From Caldisericia bacterium (GTDB lineage Bacteria; Caldisericota; Caldisericia; B22-G15): a stretch of 64,000 nt of DNA. The DNA lies in NCBI GenBank assembly GCA_030018355.1, contig JASEFN010000004.1:152291-216290 (forward strand), given 5' to 3'. Position numbers and translations under genes: made by a program. The notes below the pieces were generated by a model. It was not told where the DNA came from. It searched no databases and saw only the letters and a program-made list of their open reading frames with translations. Positions 52,449-61,901 of the stretch are shown here, piece after piece (the stretch's first letter is position 1; every line of letters starts with the position of its first letter).

Positions 52449-53287
52449 TTAAAAAAATTATAAATGATTTTAAAGCATCATTTTCTCTTGGTTGGAAAAT
52501 TGAAAGCAACTGGACAGATCCATTTTTGTTTATAATATACTCTCTTGCAAAACCACTTTCGAGTGCATTTATATTAATAATTATGTTTATTATAATAACA
52601 AGGAACCAACTTCCAGAATATATTCCACATCTACTCATAGGAAATGCACTTCACCTTTATACTGCAAATGTTCTTTTTGGAATTGCCTGGACAGTAATTG
52701 ATGATAGAGAATATTATGAAACATTAAAATATGTTTACATTTCTCCTATAAGTTTATTTTTATTTTTAACAGGAAGAGGTTTTGCAAAATATATAACAAC
52801 AACAATTTCAGCAATAATAATTTTAATTACAGGATCTCTTATTTTAAAAGTTCATTTTTCATTGATTCCATATTGGTATATCTATCTTCCAATATTTATG
52901 CTTCTTGGAACATTATCACTATTTATAATTGGTTACTTTTTTGCAGGTGTAAATTTTTTAATTTCAAGACAAGGTTGGTTTTTAACTCAAAGCGCAACAG
53001 GAGTTTTTCTTCTTTTAACTGGCGCAATTTTTCCAATTGATACACTTCCATCGTTTTTAGGTAAAATAGGAATTTTTATTCCACAAACAATATGGATGGA
53101 TGGAATGAGAGTTATTCTCTTAGGAAGCGGGTGGAATGAAGTATTTAAAAATTTAAATATAAATGAATTAACTACATTGCTTGCTCTTGAAAATTTAATT
53201 TATTTTATAATTATTTTTCTTTTCTTTAACTTTTCACTTAAAATCGCAAGAACAAGAGGACTTATTGATCAAAGATCAATGGGTTAA
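52439..53287 (+). CDS. ABC-2 family transporter permease (second membrane subunit).
   Basis: 282 aa with 6 predicted TM helices. It overlaps the upstream permease gene. Confidence 0.6.
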   Translation: MGIIKKIINDFKASFSLGWKIESNWTDPFLFIIYSLAKPLSSAFILIIMFIIITRNQLPEYIPHLLIGNALHLYTANVLFGIAWTVIDDREYYETLKYVYISPISLFLFLTGRGFAKYITTTISAIIILITGSLILKVHFSLIPYWYIYLPIFMLLGTLSLFIIGYFFAGVNFLISRQGWFLTQSATGVFLLLTGAIFPIDTLPSFLGKIGIFIPQTIWMDGMRVILLGSGWNEVFKNLNINELTTLLALENLIYFIIIFLFFNFSLKIARTRGLIDQRSMG

Positions 53288-54019
53288 TTAAAATAAACTC
53301 TTTTCAATCACAAACTTTTCTAAAATTAATTTATAAATTTCTTCATAACTATTTGCTGAAAACTCATTGCAATTTTCTTTTCCCCTTGAAAAATGAATAT
53401 AGTTTATTCCACAATTTTTTGCACCAAGGCAATCTTTTTCAAAACTATCCCCAATATGTAAAACTTCACTTTTTTCTACCTTAAACTCATCTAAAATTTT
53501 TTGAAAATTTTTTTTATTTGGCTTAACAAACCCCAATTCATCAGAAAAGAAGGTTTTATCAAAATAATCTAAAAGTGAATATCTTCTCAAAATTTCTCTT
53601 AATGCCCATCCTGGAGTCCTTCCAGCATCAGATAGGATACATAGTTTAATATTTAATTTTTTCAACTTTTTTATAAAATCTTCAACTTCATCAATAAGTG
53701 GAGGTGGAATTTCAAAAATTGCTGTTTCATAAACTTTTTTCACATCTTCCAAAACAACTTTATTTGGTTTTATTCCAAAAATTTTATAAAAATAACATAT
53801 CTGCTTTTCTGTGTTTACACTTTTTAAAGTTTTTTTCTGAGTTGAGAAAAGCCAATTACTCATTTTTTCATATGCTTTTTTTGCATCTGAATATGAAATG
53901 TTAAGAGGGGAGAGATATTCTAAAAGTTTTTTTAATCTTATCTCTCCCCTCTTCTCTTCAAGATCTTCTCTGTCTTCAATTATTGTGTCCCAAAGATCTA
54001 AACTTATTACTTTAAGCAA
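53288..54019 (-). CDS. HAD-superfamily hydrolase.
   Basis: HAD motif I ISLDLWDT near the N-terminus and a C-terminal GDSFEKD (motif IV). It is 243 aa and overlaps the ftsH stop by 8 nt. Confidence 0.7.
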   Translation of the reverse strand: MLKVISLDLWDTIIEDREDLEEKRGEIRLKKLLEYLSPLNISYSDAKKAYEKMSNWLFSTQKKTLKSVNTEKQICYFYKIFGIKPNKVVLEDVKKVYETAIFEIPPPLIDEVEDFIKKLKKLNIKLCILSDAGRTPGWALREILRRYSLLDYFDKTFFSDELGFVKPNKKNFQKILDEFKVEKSEVLHIGDSFEKDCLGAKNCGINYIHFSRGKENCNEFSANSYEEIYKLILEKFVIEKSLF

Positions 54020-55850
54020 CTTTTTCTTTTCTAATATCTTCGAGAATTCTCTTTAACTCTTCTCCTTCAATTGTCTCTTTCTCAAGTAAGACATCAACTA
54101 CTTTATAAACTCCCTCTTCATTCTCTTTTAGAATTTTCTTTGCCCTCTCAAAGCACTCCTCAACAATATTTCTTACCTCTTTATCTATCTCATAAGCGAT
54201 CTGTTCTGAATAATCTCTCTCTGATGCAATATCTCTTCCTAAAAATATGTATTCACTTTTTCTTCCAAAAGTAAGAGGTCCTAATCTTTCACTCATTCCA
54301 AATTCTGTTACCATTTTCCTTACAATTTCAGTTGCTCTTCTAAGATCATTTTCTGCACCAGTTGTTTTATCTTTTGTAAATAGTTCTTCTGCTGCTCTAC
54401 CACCAAGAAGTGTAGTCACTTCTGAAAGAAGTTGTTCTCTTGTTCTTAAAAATTTCTCCTGTTCTGGAAGTTGAAGTGTATAACCTAATGCCATTCCTCT
54501 TGAAACTATTGAAATTCTATGAACTGGGTCAGAACCTGGTAGCATATTTGCAACTACAGCATGACCTGTCTCATGAAATGCAATAATTCTTTTTTCTTCT
54601 TCTGAAACAACTCTTGTTTTTTTCTGTGGGCCTGCAATAACTCTATCAATTGCCTCTTCAAGTTCATCCATTGTAATATATTTTTTATTTCTTCTTGCTG
54701 CAAGAAGTGCTGCTTCATTCACTAAATTTTCAAGATCTGCTCCAGTAAAACCTGCTGTTCTTTTTGCAAGAGTAGTCAAATTTATATCTGGTCCAAGTGG
54801 TTTGTTTCTTGTGTGAATCTTTAAAATTGCTTCTCTCTCTTTTACATCTGGATAATTTACAACAACTCTTCTATCAAATCTTCCGGGACGTAAAAGCGCA
54901 GGATCTAAAATATCTGGTCTATTTGTTGCTGCAATTACTATTATTCCACTATTTGGATCAAATCCATCCATCTCAACAAGAAGTTGGTTTAATGTTTGCT
55001 CTCTTTCATCATGTCCACCACCAAGACCTGCACCTCTTTGCCTTCCAACAGCATCTATTTCATCAATAAATATGATACAAGGAGCATATTTTTTTGCTTC
55101 ATTAAATAAATCTCTTACTCTTGCTGCACCAACTCCAACAAACATTTCAACAAATTCAGAGCCAGAAACAGAGAAAAATGGAACCCCAGCCTCCCCTGCA
55201 ACTGCTTTAGCAAGAAGAGTTTTTCCACAACCAGGTGGTCCAACAAGAAGAATTCCTTTTGGAATCTTTGCACCAAGTGCTGCAAATTTTCTTGGGTTTC
55301 TTAAAAATTCAATTTCTTCTTGCAAATCTTCTTTTACCTCTTCTAATCCTGCAACATCATTAAATGTTACTTTTGGCTTATTTTCTATAAAGAGCCTTGC
55401 TCTACTTTTTCCAAAGTTAAAAACTTGTGAATTTGCCCCTCCAGAAATGGCTCTCATCATTATCATCCAGAAAAAGATAAGAAGAATTACTGAACCAATG
55501 TTTGTTAAAACATACCACCATGTTCCACTATTTGAAGTTGGTTTAATTGTTGCATTAACTCCTTTTTCAATAAGAAGATTTGGAAGATTTGGATCATCAA
55601 ATGGAGGAAGAACTGTTGTGAATTTTGAACCATCTAAATATGTTCCAGTTACATTTTGACCATCAATTGTGATTTCTTTTACTTTTCCATCTTTAACTTT
55701 TAAAATAAATTCTGTATAAGAAATTTTTTCAGTTGAAGTGAGACTTGATGATCCAGAATAGAAACTATAAATAAAGTAAACAAAAATTATCATTAATATA
55801 ATTGGTAAAATGCTTCTAATTATATTAAATATGTTATTATTTTTTTTCAT
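54012..55850 (-). CDS. ftsH: ATP-dependent zinc metalloprotease FtsH.
   Basis: An N-terminal TM segment is followed by the AAA Walker A GPPGCGKT, the SRH and the HEXGH zinc site (HETGHA). It is 612 aa. Confidence 0.95.
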   Translation of the reverse strand: MKKNNNIFNIIRSILPIILMIIFVYFIYSFYSGSSSLTSTEKISYTEFILKVKDGKVKEITIDGQNVTGTYLDGSKFTTVLPPFDDPNLPNLLIEKGVNATIKPTSNSGTWWYVLTNIGSVILLIFFWMIMMRAISGGANSQVFNFGKSRARLFIENKPKVTFNDVAGLEEVKEDLQEEIEFLRNPRKFAALGAKIPKGILLVGPPGCGKTLLAKAVAGEAGVPFFSVSGSEFVEMFVGVGAARVRDLFNEAKKYAPCIIFIDEIDAVGRQRGAGLGGGHDEREQTLNQLLVEMDGFDPNSGIIVIAATNRPDILDPALLRPGRFDRRVVVNYPDVKEREAILKIHTRNKPLGPDINLTTLAKRTAGFTGADLENLVNEAALLAARRNKKYITMDELEEAIDRVIAGPQKKTRVVSEEEKRIIAFHETGHAVVANMLPGSDPVHRISIVSRGMALGYTLQLPEQEKFLRTREQLLSEVTTLLGGRAAEELFTKDKTTGAENDLRRATEIVRKMVTEFGMSERLGPLTFGRKSEYIFLGRDIASERDYSEQIAYEIDKEVRNIVEECFERAKKILKENEEGVYKVVDVLLEKETIEGEELKRILEDIRKEKVA

Positions 55851-56400
55851 ATTTCATCACCTCATACATATAAACTTCAGGTTTCAAAACACAAATATAA
55901 GGAAGATTTCTATATTTTTCATTAAAATCAAGACCATAACCCACAACAAACTCATCTGGAACTTCAAAACCGTAAAATTCAACTGGAACTTCTTTTATCC
56001 TTCTTACTTTTTTATTTAAAAGTGCAACTGTTTGAAGAGATAAGGGTTTCCTTGAGGAAAGTAGTTCTCTAAGGTGAGATAAAGTTAAACCTGTATCAAC
56101 TATATCTTCAACAATTAATACATGTCTACCTTCTATTGAGTGATCAAGATCTTTCGTTATTTTAATTATACCAGAACTTTTTGTAGATGCACCATATGAT
56201 GAAATTCCCATAAAATCTAATGATAAATAAATATCCATCTCTTTAATTAAATCAGATAAAAAAATTGTTGCACCCTTTAAAATACAAACAAGGTGTGGAA
56301 ATAAATTTCTATAAACTTCACTAATTTCCTTTGCAAGTTCTTTAACTCTTTTTTTTATCTCTTCTTCTGTTATAAGAATCTTTTGTATATCTTTGTCCAT
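55837..56400 (-). CDS. hpt: Hypoxanthine-guanine phosphoribosyltransferase.
   Basis: 187 aa. PRPP-binding motif VLIVEDIVDTGLT is present. It lies within a conserved tilS-hpt-ftsH arrangement. Confidence 0.9.
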   Translation of the reverse strand: MDKDIQKILITEEEIKKRVKELAKEISEVYRNLFPHLVCILKGATIFLSDLIKEMDIYLSLDFMGISSYGASTKSSGIIKITKDLDHSIEGRHVLIVEDIVDTGLTLSHLRELLSSRKPLSLQTVALLNKKVRRIKEVPVEFYGFEVPDEFVVGYGLDFNEKYRNLPYICVLKPEVYMYEVMKYEKK

Positions 56401-57767
56401 TCATTATCCTCCAATTTAATTGTAATATATAAAACTCTTTTTGTCATCTCATTAACCTTATAATCATCGCTTATTCTTAATCCAATAATCCATAGTATAT
56501 CACCTTTTGAGTCATAAAGAATAGGTATTTTCCACTTAACACTTTTTGGAATTTTTATATCTGTAAGAAAATCTTGAATTTTTTTAGAGTTTTTCATCCC
56601 AAGTGGAGTTACTCTAAACCCATATTTTGGAGGTTTAATATAAAGAGGAAATGAAATTTTATCAAAATCAAAATATGCCTCAAATTTATCTTTTGTTTTT
56701 TCTATTCTTTCAACTATTTTAAGAGAAATAGTTAAGCCTTCTTTTTTAATCTCTCCTAAATCTTTTATTTCAATTAAAAAATCTTTAAAAGTGGGCTTTT
56801 CTCTTTCAATTACAATATTCTTTCTTTCCCTTATTGCAATTAAATTTTTTGACATTTTTATCTCTTTTCCACTTTTTTTATCAACCAAAGAGATGATATC
56901 ATCAATGTTTTTAACTGAAAATTCTCTTATCTCTTCTTTAAACTTTTCAATTATCTTTCTTATAACTCTTCTTTGAATTGATTTATGAAGATTTTTAAAT
57001 TTTTCTATTTCAATGAAATATGAATCTTCCTCCTCTTTAACTATCTCTTTAAATTTTTCTTGAGTAACACTTTCAAGAAAATCTTCATCTACCCTTATAA
57101 GATTACTTAAATCAAAAACTCTTTCTCTAAATGATTTATTAAATGTATTCTCAATATATGGAATTAACTCGTTTCTTATTTTGTTTCTTAAATAGATGTT
57201 CTCCAAATTTGTTTTATCAATTCTATATTCTATTTCTTTCTCTTTTAAATAATTTATTATTTCTTCTCTTTTTACAACAAGAATTGGATGAATTATATCT
57301 TCTCTTTTTGGTAATATTCCTTTTAAACCACTTAAACCTGTCCCTCTAATAAAATTCATTAAAATTGTCTCTATGTGATCATCAAAATTATGAGCAAGTG
57401 CTATTTTTGTATAGCCTTCTTTCTTTTTTATTTCATTGAAAAAAAGAAACCTCTCCTCTCTTCCGACCTCCTCAATTGACTTTTTTCTCTCTTCGCTTAA
57501 CTTTTTTATGTTTAATCTCCTAACATAGAGAGGAATTTTTAATTTTTGAGATATAATTCTTACAAAATCTTCATCTAAATCAGAATCTTCACCTCTTAAA
57601 AGATGGTTTAAATGTGCAAGTATTAAAGAATTTTTATAATTTTCTTTTAAAAAATAAACAAGGAAAGTTGAGTCAGGACCACCTGAAAATGCAACCACAA
57701 TTTTATCTTGAGGCATAATAATGGAATTTTCTTCAATAAAATTTTTTACTTTAGATATTAAATTCAT
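56370..57767 (-). CDS. tilS: tRNA(Ile)-lysidine synthetase. The start is reassigned to the internal ATG at 57767 to avoid overlap with the tRNA.
   Basis: PP-loop SGGPDS (VVAFSGGPDSTFL) is present. The ORF-track start at 57800 would overlap the tRNA at 57773-57849. An in-frame ATG at 57767 gives MNLISKVKNF... Confidence 0.8.
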   Translation of the reverse strand: MNLISKVKNFIEENSIIMPQDKIVVAFSGGPDSTFLVYFLKENYKNSLILAHLNHLLRGEDSDLDEDFVRIISQKLKIPLYVRRLNIKKLSEERKKSIEEVGREERFLFFNEIKKKEGYTKIALAHNFDDHIETILMNFIRGTGLSGLKGILPKREDIIHPILVVKREEIINYLKEKEIEYRIDKTNLENIYLRNKIRNELIPYIENTFNKSFRERVFDLSNLIRVDEDFLESVTQEKFKEIVKEEEDSYFIEIEKFKNLHKSIQRRVIRKIIEKFKEEIREFSVKNIDDIISLVDKKSGKEIKMSKNLIAIRERKNIVIEREKPTFKDFLIEIKDLGEIKKEGLTISLKIVERIEKTKDKFEAYFDFDKISFPLYIKPPKYGFRVTPLGMKNSKKIQDFLTDIKIPKSVKWKIPILYDSKGDILWIIGLRISDDYKVNEMTKRVLYITIKLEDNEWTKIYKRFL

Positions 57768-57772
57768 TTTAA

Positions 57773-57849
57773 TGGTGGCGGCGGAGGGAGTCGAACCCAC
57801 GACACCACGGGTATGAGCCGTGTGCTCTGACCAACTGAGCTACGCCGCC
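57773..57849 (-). tRNA. tRNA with anticodon CAT (elongator Met or lysidine-modified Ile2). It has an encoded CCA and a fully paired 1:72 acceptor end, so it is not an initiator.
   Basis: Reverse complement is GGCGGCGTAGCTCAGTTGGTCAGAGCACACGGCTCATACCCGTGGTGTCGTGGGTTCGACTCCCTCCGCCGCCACCA. It folds as a cloverleaf with a 7-bp acceptor, a D-arm, anticodon loop CTCATAC and a T-arm GTGGG/CCCTC with TTCGACT. Confidence 0.85.
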
Positions 57850-58051
57850 TTAATTCAAATTTTACTAAATTTAAAAAAAGTTTCAATAAAAAATTTTGAT
57901 TAATAATTAATAATTTTTTACTATAACAATTGCATTTGCACCAAGTCTTTCTTCTCTTAAAGTCATTTCTTTAAATACATCTTCTTTTGCCTACAATGTT
58001 GAGTTTTATTGTTAAAATCACAAACTCTTCCAAAGTTAGAAAATGATGTTT

Positions 58052-59335
58052 TTATTGAAGATAATTATAATTTTTTTTAAAATATTCTTCAATTTTTTTA
58101 CCTAATTTTTGTTGAACTCCCCAATCTCCAAAAACAATTTTATCTTTTAAATTTTCTTTTATAAAATTCTTTATTTTTTCATCTACCTTCCCACTTTTTT
58201 TAAATTGAAATGGAGTTTGAGGAAGTGGAATAAATGTATGCGCGTGAATTTTTGCACCCATTTGAACTAAATCTTTCATAACTTTTAATGTATCTTCAAT
58301 ATCTTCTTCCTCCTCTCCTGGAAGACCAAAAATAAAATCAACAATTGGTTTTATATTAAACTTAATTGAAAGTTCAACAGATTTATAAATCTCTTTAACT
58401 CCATGACCTCTATTTATTAAACTTAAAACTCTTTCACTTCCAGACTGTGCACCAATTACAATTGAATCATTAGATGCATATTTTTTTAACAATATAAGCG
58501 TTTCTTCTAAAACAAAATCTGGCCTCACTTCAGATGGAAATGTGCCAAGAAAAATCCTTCCTTTATCTTTTAAAACTCTCTTTATCTCTTTTAAAAGTTC
58601 TTCAAGAGAATTTAAATTTAAACTTTTCCCATCTTTTGATCCATAGGAAAAAGCATTTGGAGTTATAAATCTTATATCTACTAAATTTAATTTTTTCATA
58701 ATTTCAATGTATTTAATTATATTCTCAATGCTTCTGTGCCTTATCTTTCCACTAAAAATATATGGAGTTTGACAATAGAAACAAAAAAATGGGCATCCTC
58801 TTGTTATTTCAATAGGACTAAATTTTTCATATTTTATAGAAAAAGGCGGATAAAGATTTATATCAACAGGATCACTAAGTTGGGAAATATTGAATTCTCC
58901 ATCTTTTTTTGATGAAATGCCTTTTATATTTTCAAAATCCTTGTTTTCTATTAAATTTATTAAAAATTTTATAAAACTCTCCTCACCTTCTCCTCTAAAA
59001 ATATAATCAAAACCCATTTTCAGTGGACCAAGTGGTTCTCCTGTTGGATGTGGTCCTCCTCCAACAATTAAAATTTTATCTTTATAAATTTCCCTCAATT
59101 TCTTTACCAAATCTAAAATTTCAAAGATTTGTGTTGTGAAAAAAGAGAAAAGAAAAAGATTTTTTGTATCTTTATCAATTAATTGTGAAAGATTAAAAAG
59201 ATCTTCTTTTTTATTTATAAAAATTACATTTATATCTTTTAATCTCTCATCTATCTCAATTGCTCCTAAGAGAGAATTAAAACTGTATCTATTGTTTTTA
59301 TTATAATAAATAACTAAATTTAAGTTGGTTTTCAC
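58052..59335 (-). CDS. B12-binding-domain radical SAM protein.
   Basis: Radical SAM motif RGCPFFCFYC, with an N-terminal Rossmann-like B12-binding region. It is 427 aa. Confidence 0.7.
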   Translation of the reverse strand: MKTNLNLVIYYNKNNRYSFNSLLGAIEIDERLKDINVIFINKKEDLFNLSQLIDKDTKNLFLFSFFTTQIFEILDLVKKLREIYKDKILIVGGGPHPTGEPLGPLKMGFDYIFRGEGEESFIKFLINLIENKDFENIKGISSKKDGEFNISQLSDPVDINLYPPFSIKYEKFSPIEITRGCPFFCFYCQTPYIFSGKIRHRSIENIIKYIEIMKKLNLVDIRFITPNAFSYGSKDGKSLNLNSLEELLKEIKRVLKDKGRIFLGTFPSEVRPDFVLEETLILLKKYASNDSIVIGAQSGSERVLSLINRGHGVKEIYKSVELSIKFNIKPIVDFIFGLPGEEEEDIEDTLKVMKDLVQMGAKIHAHTFIPLPQTPFQFKKSGKVDEKIKNFIKENLKDKIVFGDWGVQQKLGKKIEEYFKKNYNYLQ

Positions 59336-60525
59336 TATTCAAAGAAAATAATTGAATCAATTTTAATTTTAAGTTTTTCATTAAGATTTATTTTGTTTTC
59401 ACCATTAAAATTCATAAGGATATAATTTTTTTCTTGAACTCCCTCTTTTATTTCACTTATAATTATGTTTTCTTTTGAAGTTGAAATTATTAAATCTCCA
59501 CCATAAAAATAGTTTTCATTAGTAAATTTTTTAAAAGATCTCTTTTCTAAATCTATTCCAAATAAAAGATATTTTGATATGCTACTCTCTTGAGCCATTA
59601 AATATAGATAATTTTCAAAAGAACCTCTAATATAAAAGTCAGTAAATTGAGGAACTTCAAAATTTTTTAAAATATTTCCATTTCTATCAATTATCATAAT
59701 ATACGGCTTTTTATTTTGATCAAAAGGAACAATTTTAAAAACTATTTCATCTGAGTTATTTATAAACATCTCATTATAAATTTCACCTTCATTTGTTTTA
59801 AAAATAGTTTTTGTATTACGGCTCTTTAAATCTAAAATCTCGATAGTTGAAATTTTAGATTTACTATCAAAAGTTCTTCCTAAAACTTCTCCCATCAGAT
59901 TTGAATTTCCTTGAAAATAGAAGTTATCTTTAAAACTTAAGTAGTTTTCATTAAATTCATCTGAAGAGTAAGAATAAAGAGCAATTTTAGATTTTTCTTC
60001 TTTTTGTTTTAAAAGATGAATATAAACATTTTTTGAATCTTCATCAACATAAATTGGATATATATAAGTGGAAATAATAGTAGTTGAGATGGGTTTTTTA
60101 TTTTTAAGTTTTAAATTGTAAATATAAAGATACTCACTTTCATAACTCTCTTTTAATGTGAACAAAATGTTTTCATTATCCAAAAATTTTGGAGAGTATG
60201 GAAAATTTCCTAAAAGACCTTCAGTTAAATTTAAAATATCTTTTGTATCAAGATCTAACAAAAATATTCCACTTTTTTTAAAATCAGAAGAGTAATAATT
60301 AAAAAGAACTTTCTTATTTCTTATCTCTCCAAGGAGCACCTTTCCATCTAAACCAGTTTCAATTTCATCTATTTTATTTAAATTTTTATCAAAAAGAATG
60401 ATTTTCCCTTCACATGAAATAATTAAAAAAGGTAATCTTTCTACTTTGCAAGAATTGAGAAAGAGTAAAAAGATAAAAAATATGGTAATAACAATAAAAA
60501 CTCTTTTTTTCATTAAAACCTCCAC
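59335..60525 (-). CDS. Putative lipoprotein (lipobox LNSC), probably a beta-propeller, unknown function.
   Basis: The signal peptide MKKRVFIVITIFFIFLLFLNSC has a Cys lipobox. The repetitive beta-rich composition is otherwise uninformative. Confidence 0.4.
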   Translation of the reverse strand: MEVLMKKRVFIVITIFFIFLLFLNSCKVERLPFLIISCEGKIILFDKNLNKIDEIETGLDGKVLLGEIRNKKVLFNYYSSDFKKSGIFLLDLDTKDILNLTEGLLGNFPYSPKFLDNENILFTLKESYESEYLYIYNLKLKNKKPISTTIISTYIYPIYVDEDSKNVYIHLLKQKEEKSKIALYSYSSDEFNENYLSFKDNFYFQGNSNLMGEVLGRTFDSKSKISTIEILDLKSRNTKTIFKTNEGEIYNEMFINNSDEIVFKIVPFDQNKKPYIMIIDRNGNILKNFEVPQFTDFYIRGSFENYLYLMAQESSISKYLLFGIDLEKRSFKKFTNENYFYGGDLIISTSKENIIISEIKEGVQEKNYILMNFNGENKINLNEKLKIKIDSIIFFE

Positions 60526-60568
60526 TTTTTATTATAAAATGAAAAGTATATATTTAAAAATTTAAGGA

Positions 60569-61546
60569 GTGAAAATGATAAAGATATATGAAGGAGTTGG
60601 TGAGGAAATTATTCCTCTCTTTAATAGTGTTACTCCAGAACTTGAGGTTGATATTAAAAAGTGGAGATGGAAATATATTGAAAATCCACTCAAAGAAAAT
60701 TTAATTGCTGTTTTTGAAACTGATAAAGGCGAAATCGTTGGAGAGGAGGCAATTGTTCCTTTTAAAGCATATTTTAAAGGAAAAATAGTAAAAATAGGAC
60801 ACTCAGTAGACTCTATGGTTTTAGAAAATTTTAGAGGAAGAGGAATCTTTAAAAGACTTGCAATTAAAACTCTCGAAGAGGGGAAAACAAGAGGTTACTA
60901 CTACTTTTATGGATTTCCAAACAAAAACTCACTTCCAATTTACACAAAAAAGTTAGGCTGGATTAGTTTTGGGTATATAAGAAGGTGGATTTTTCCTCTT
61001 AACCTTAATATTCTCTCTACTAAATTTAAAATTGACCTTTCAATTCTATCATCTCTTTTTAAATTTAATAAATCTCTTCTTAAGAGGAAATTTAATTTTA
61101 TTAAAGTGCAAAATTTTAGCGGAGTTGAAAAATATTTGGATAATTTAAAAAATCATTATGATATTTTTCTTTTAAGAGATGAGGAGTTTTTAACATGGAG
61201 ATATCTTTCTCACCCATATTATATTTATGAAATTTTTAAAGATGATGATTCGCTTTTTATTTTAAGAATAAAAGAGGTTGATATTAAAAGAGGAACAATT
61301 GAAGAATTTTTGTATAAAAACTATGAATCTTTTTCAAAACTCGTCTCTTTTTCTTTAAGATTTTTCATTGAAAATAATGTTGACTTAGTTGATATTTGGA
61401 TAAAGCAAGGAGATCCACTTGAAAGAATTCTTTTCTTTAAAGGATTTATTCCATATCAAAAAAGATTAATTATACTTTATCCATTTGAAAAAATTCATTT
61501 CTCAAAAAATTACTTCTTTAACTTTTCTGATCTTGACGTTATTTAA
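60569..61546 (+). CDS. GNAT-fold acyltransferase-like protein (FemAB/DUF-type), unknown substrate.
   Basis: ...LENFRGRGIFKRLAIK... resembles the GNAT acetyl-CoA-binding R/Q-x-x-G-x-G/A motif. It is 325 aa. Confidence 0.35.
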   Translation: MKMIKIYEGVGEEIIPLFNSVTPELEVDIKKWRWKYIENPLKENLIAVFETDKGEIVGEEAIVPFKAYFKGKIVKIGHSVDSMVLENFRGRGIFKRLAIKTLEEGKTRGYYYFYGFPNKNSLPIYTKKLGWISFGYIRRWIFPLNLNILSTKFKIDLSILSSLFKFNKSLLKRKFNFIKVQNFSGVEKYLDNLKNHYDIFLLRDEEFLTWRYLSHPYYIYEIFKDDDSLFILRIKEVDIKRGTIEEFLYKNYESFSKLVSFSLRFFIENNVDLVDIWIKQGDPLERILFFKGFIPYQKRLIILYPFEKIHFSKNYFFNFSDLDVI

Positions 61547-61548
61547 AA

Positions 61549-61581
61549 ATGTTACAATGGTGTCAGACACTTTTTTAACAT
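61549..61581. repeat. 33-bp palindromic element, copy 5 (ATGTTACAATGGTGTCAGACACTTTTTTAACAT).
   Basis: It starts 2 nt after the stop codon of the upstream gene. It is 2 nt upstream of the -10-like TATAGA and the RBS of the ferritin-like gene. Confidence 0.7.
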
Positions 61582-61614
61582 GTATAGAGTGAAATAAAAA
61601 GGAGGTGTTTTATT

Positions 61615-61899
61615 ATGATGTCAAACATTCCATTTAAGTTGGAAAATTTAAGTAAAGAAGAAATTGAGCAAGAAATTTTAAGAATTGGTATTATTGCTGA
61701 ACTTGATGCAATTAATCTTTACGAACAACTTGCTTCATTAACTAAAGATGAAAAATTGAAAGATGTATTTTTAGACATTGCAAAAGAAGAAAAAACACAT
61801 GTTGGTGAGTTTTTAACACTACTTCTTTTAAAGGATAAAGAAGCAAAAGAGGAACTTAAAAATGGTGAAAATGAAGTAAAAGAAATTTTATCAAAATAA
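61615..61899 (+). CDS. Small ferritin-like/rubrerythrin-fold protein.
   Basis: 94 aa. ...AELDAINLYEQLA...DIAKEEKTHVGEF... has an E-x-x-H diiron-type motif in a helical context. A strong RBS AAGGAGGTG precedes the start. Confidence 0.45.
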   Translation: MMSNIPFKLENLSKEEIEQEILRIGIIAELDAINLYEQLASLTKDEKLKDVFLDIAKEEKTHVGEFLTLLLLKDKEAKEELKNGENEVKEILSK

Positions 61900-61901
61900 A
61901 T

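Noticed and set aside
57768-57800. tilS N-terminal extension (MGSTPSAATIK) from the ORF-track start at 57800
   Set aside because: It overlaps the tRNA gene at 57773-57849 on the same strand. The internal ATG at 57767 yields a normal TilS N-terminus.
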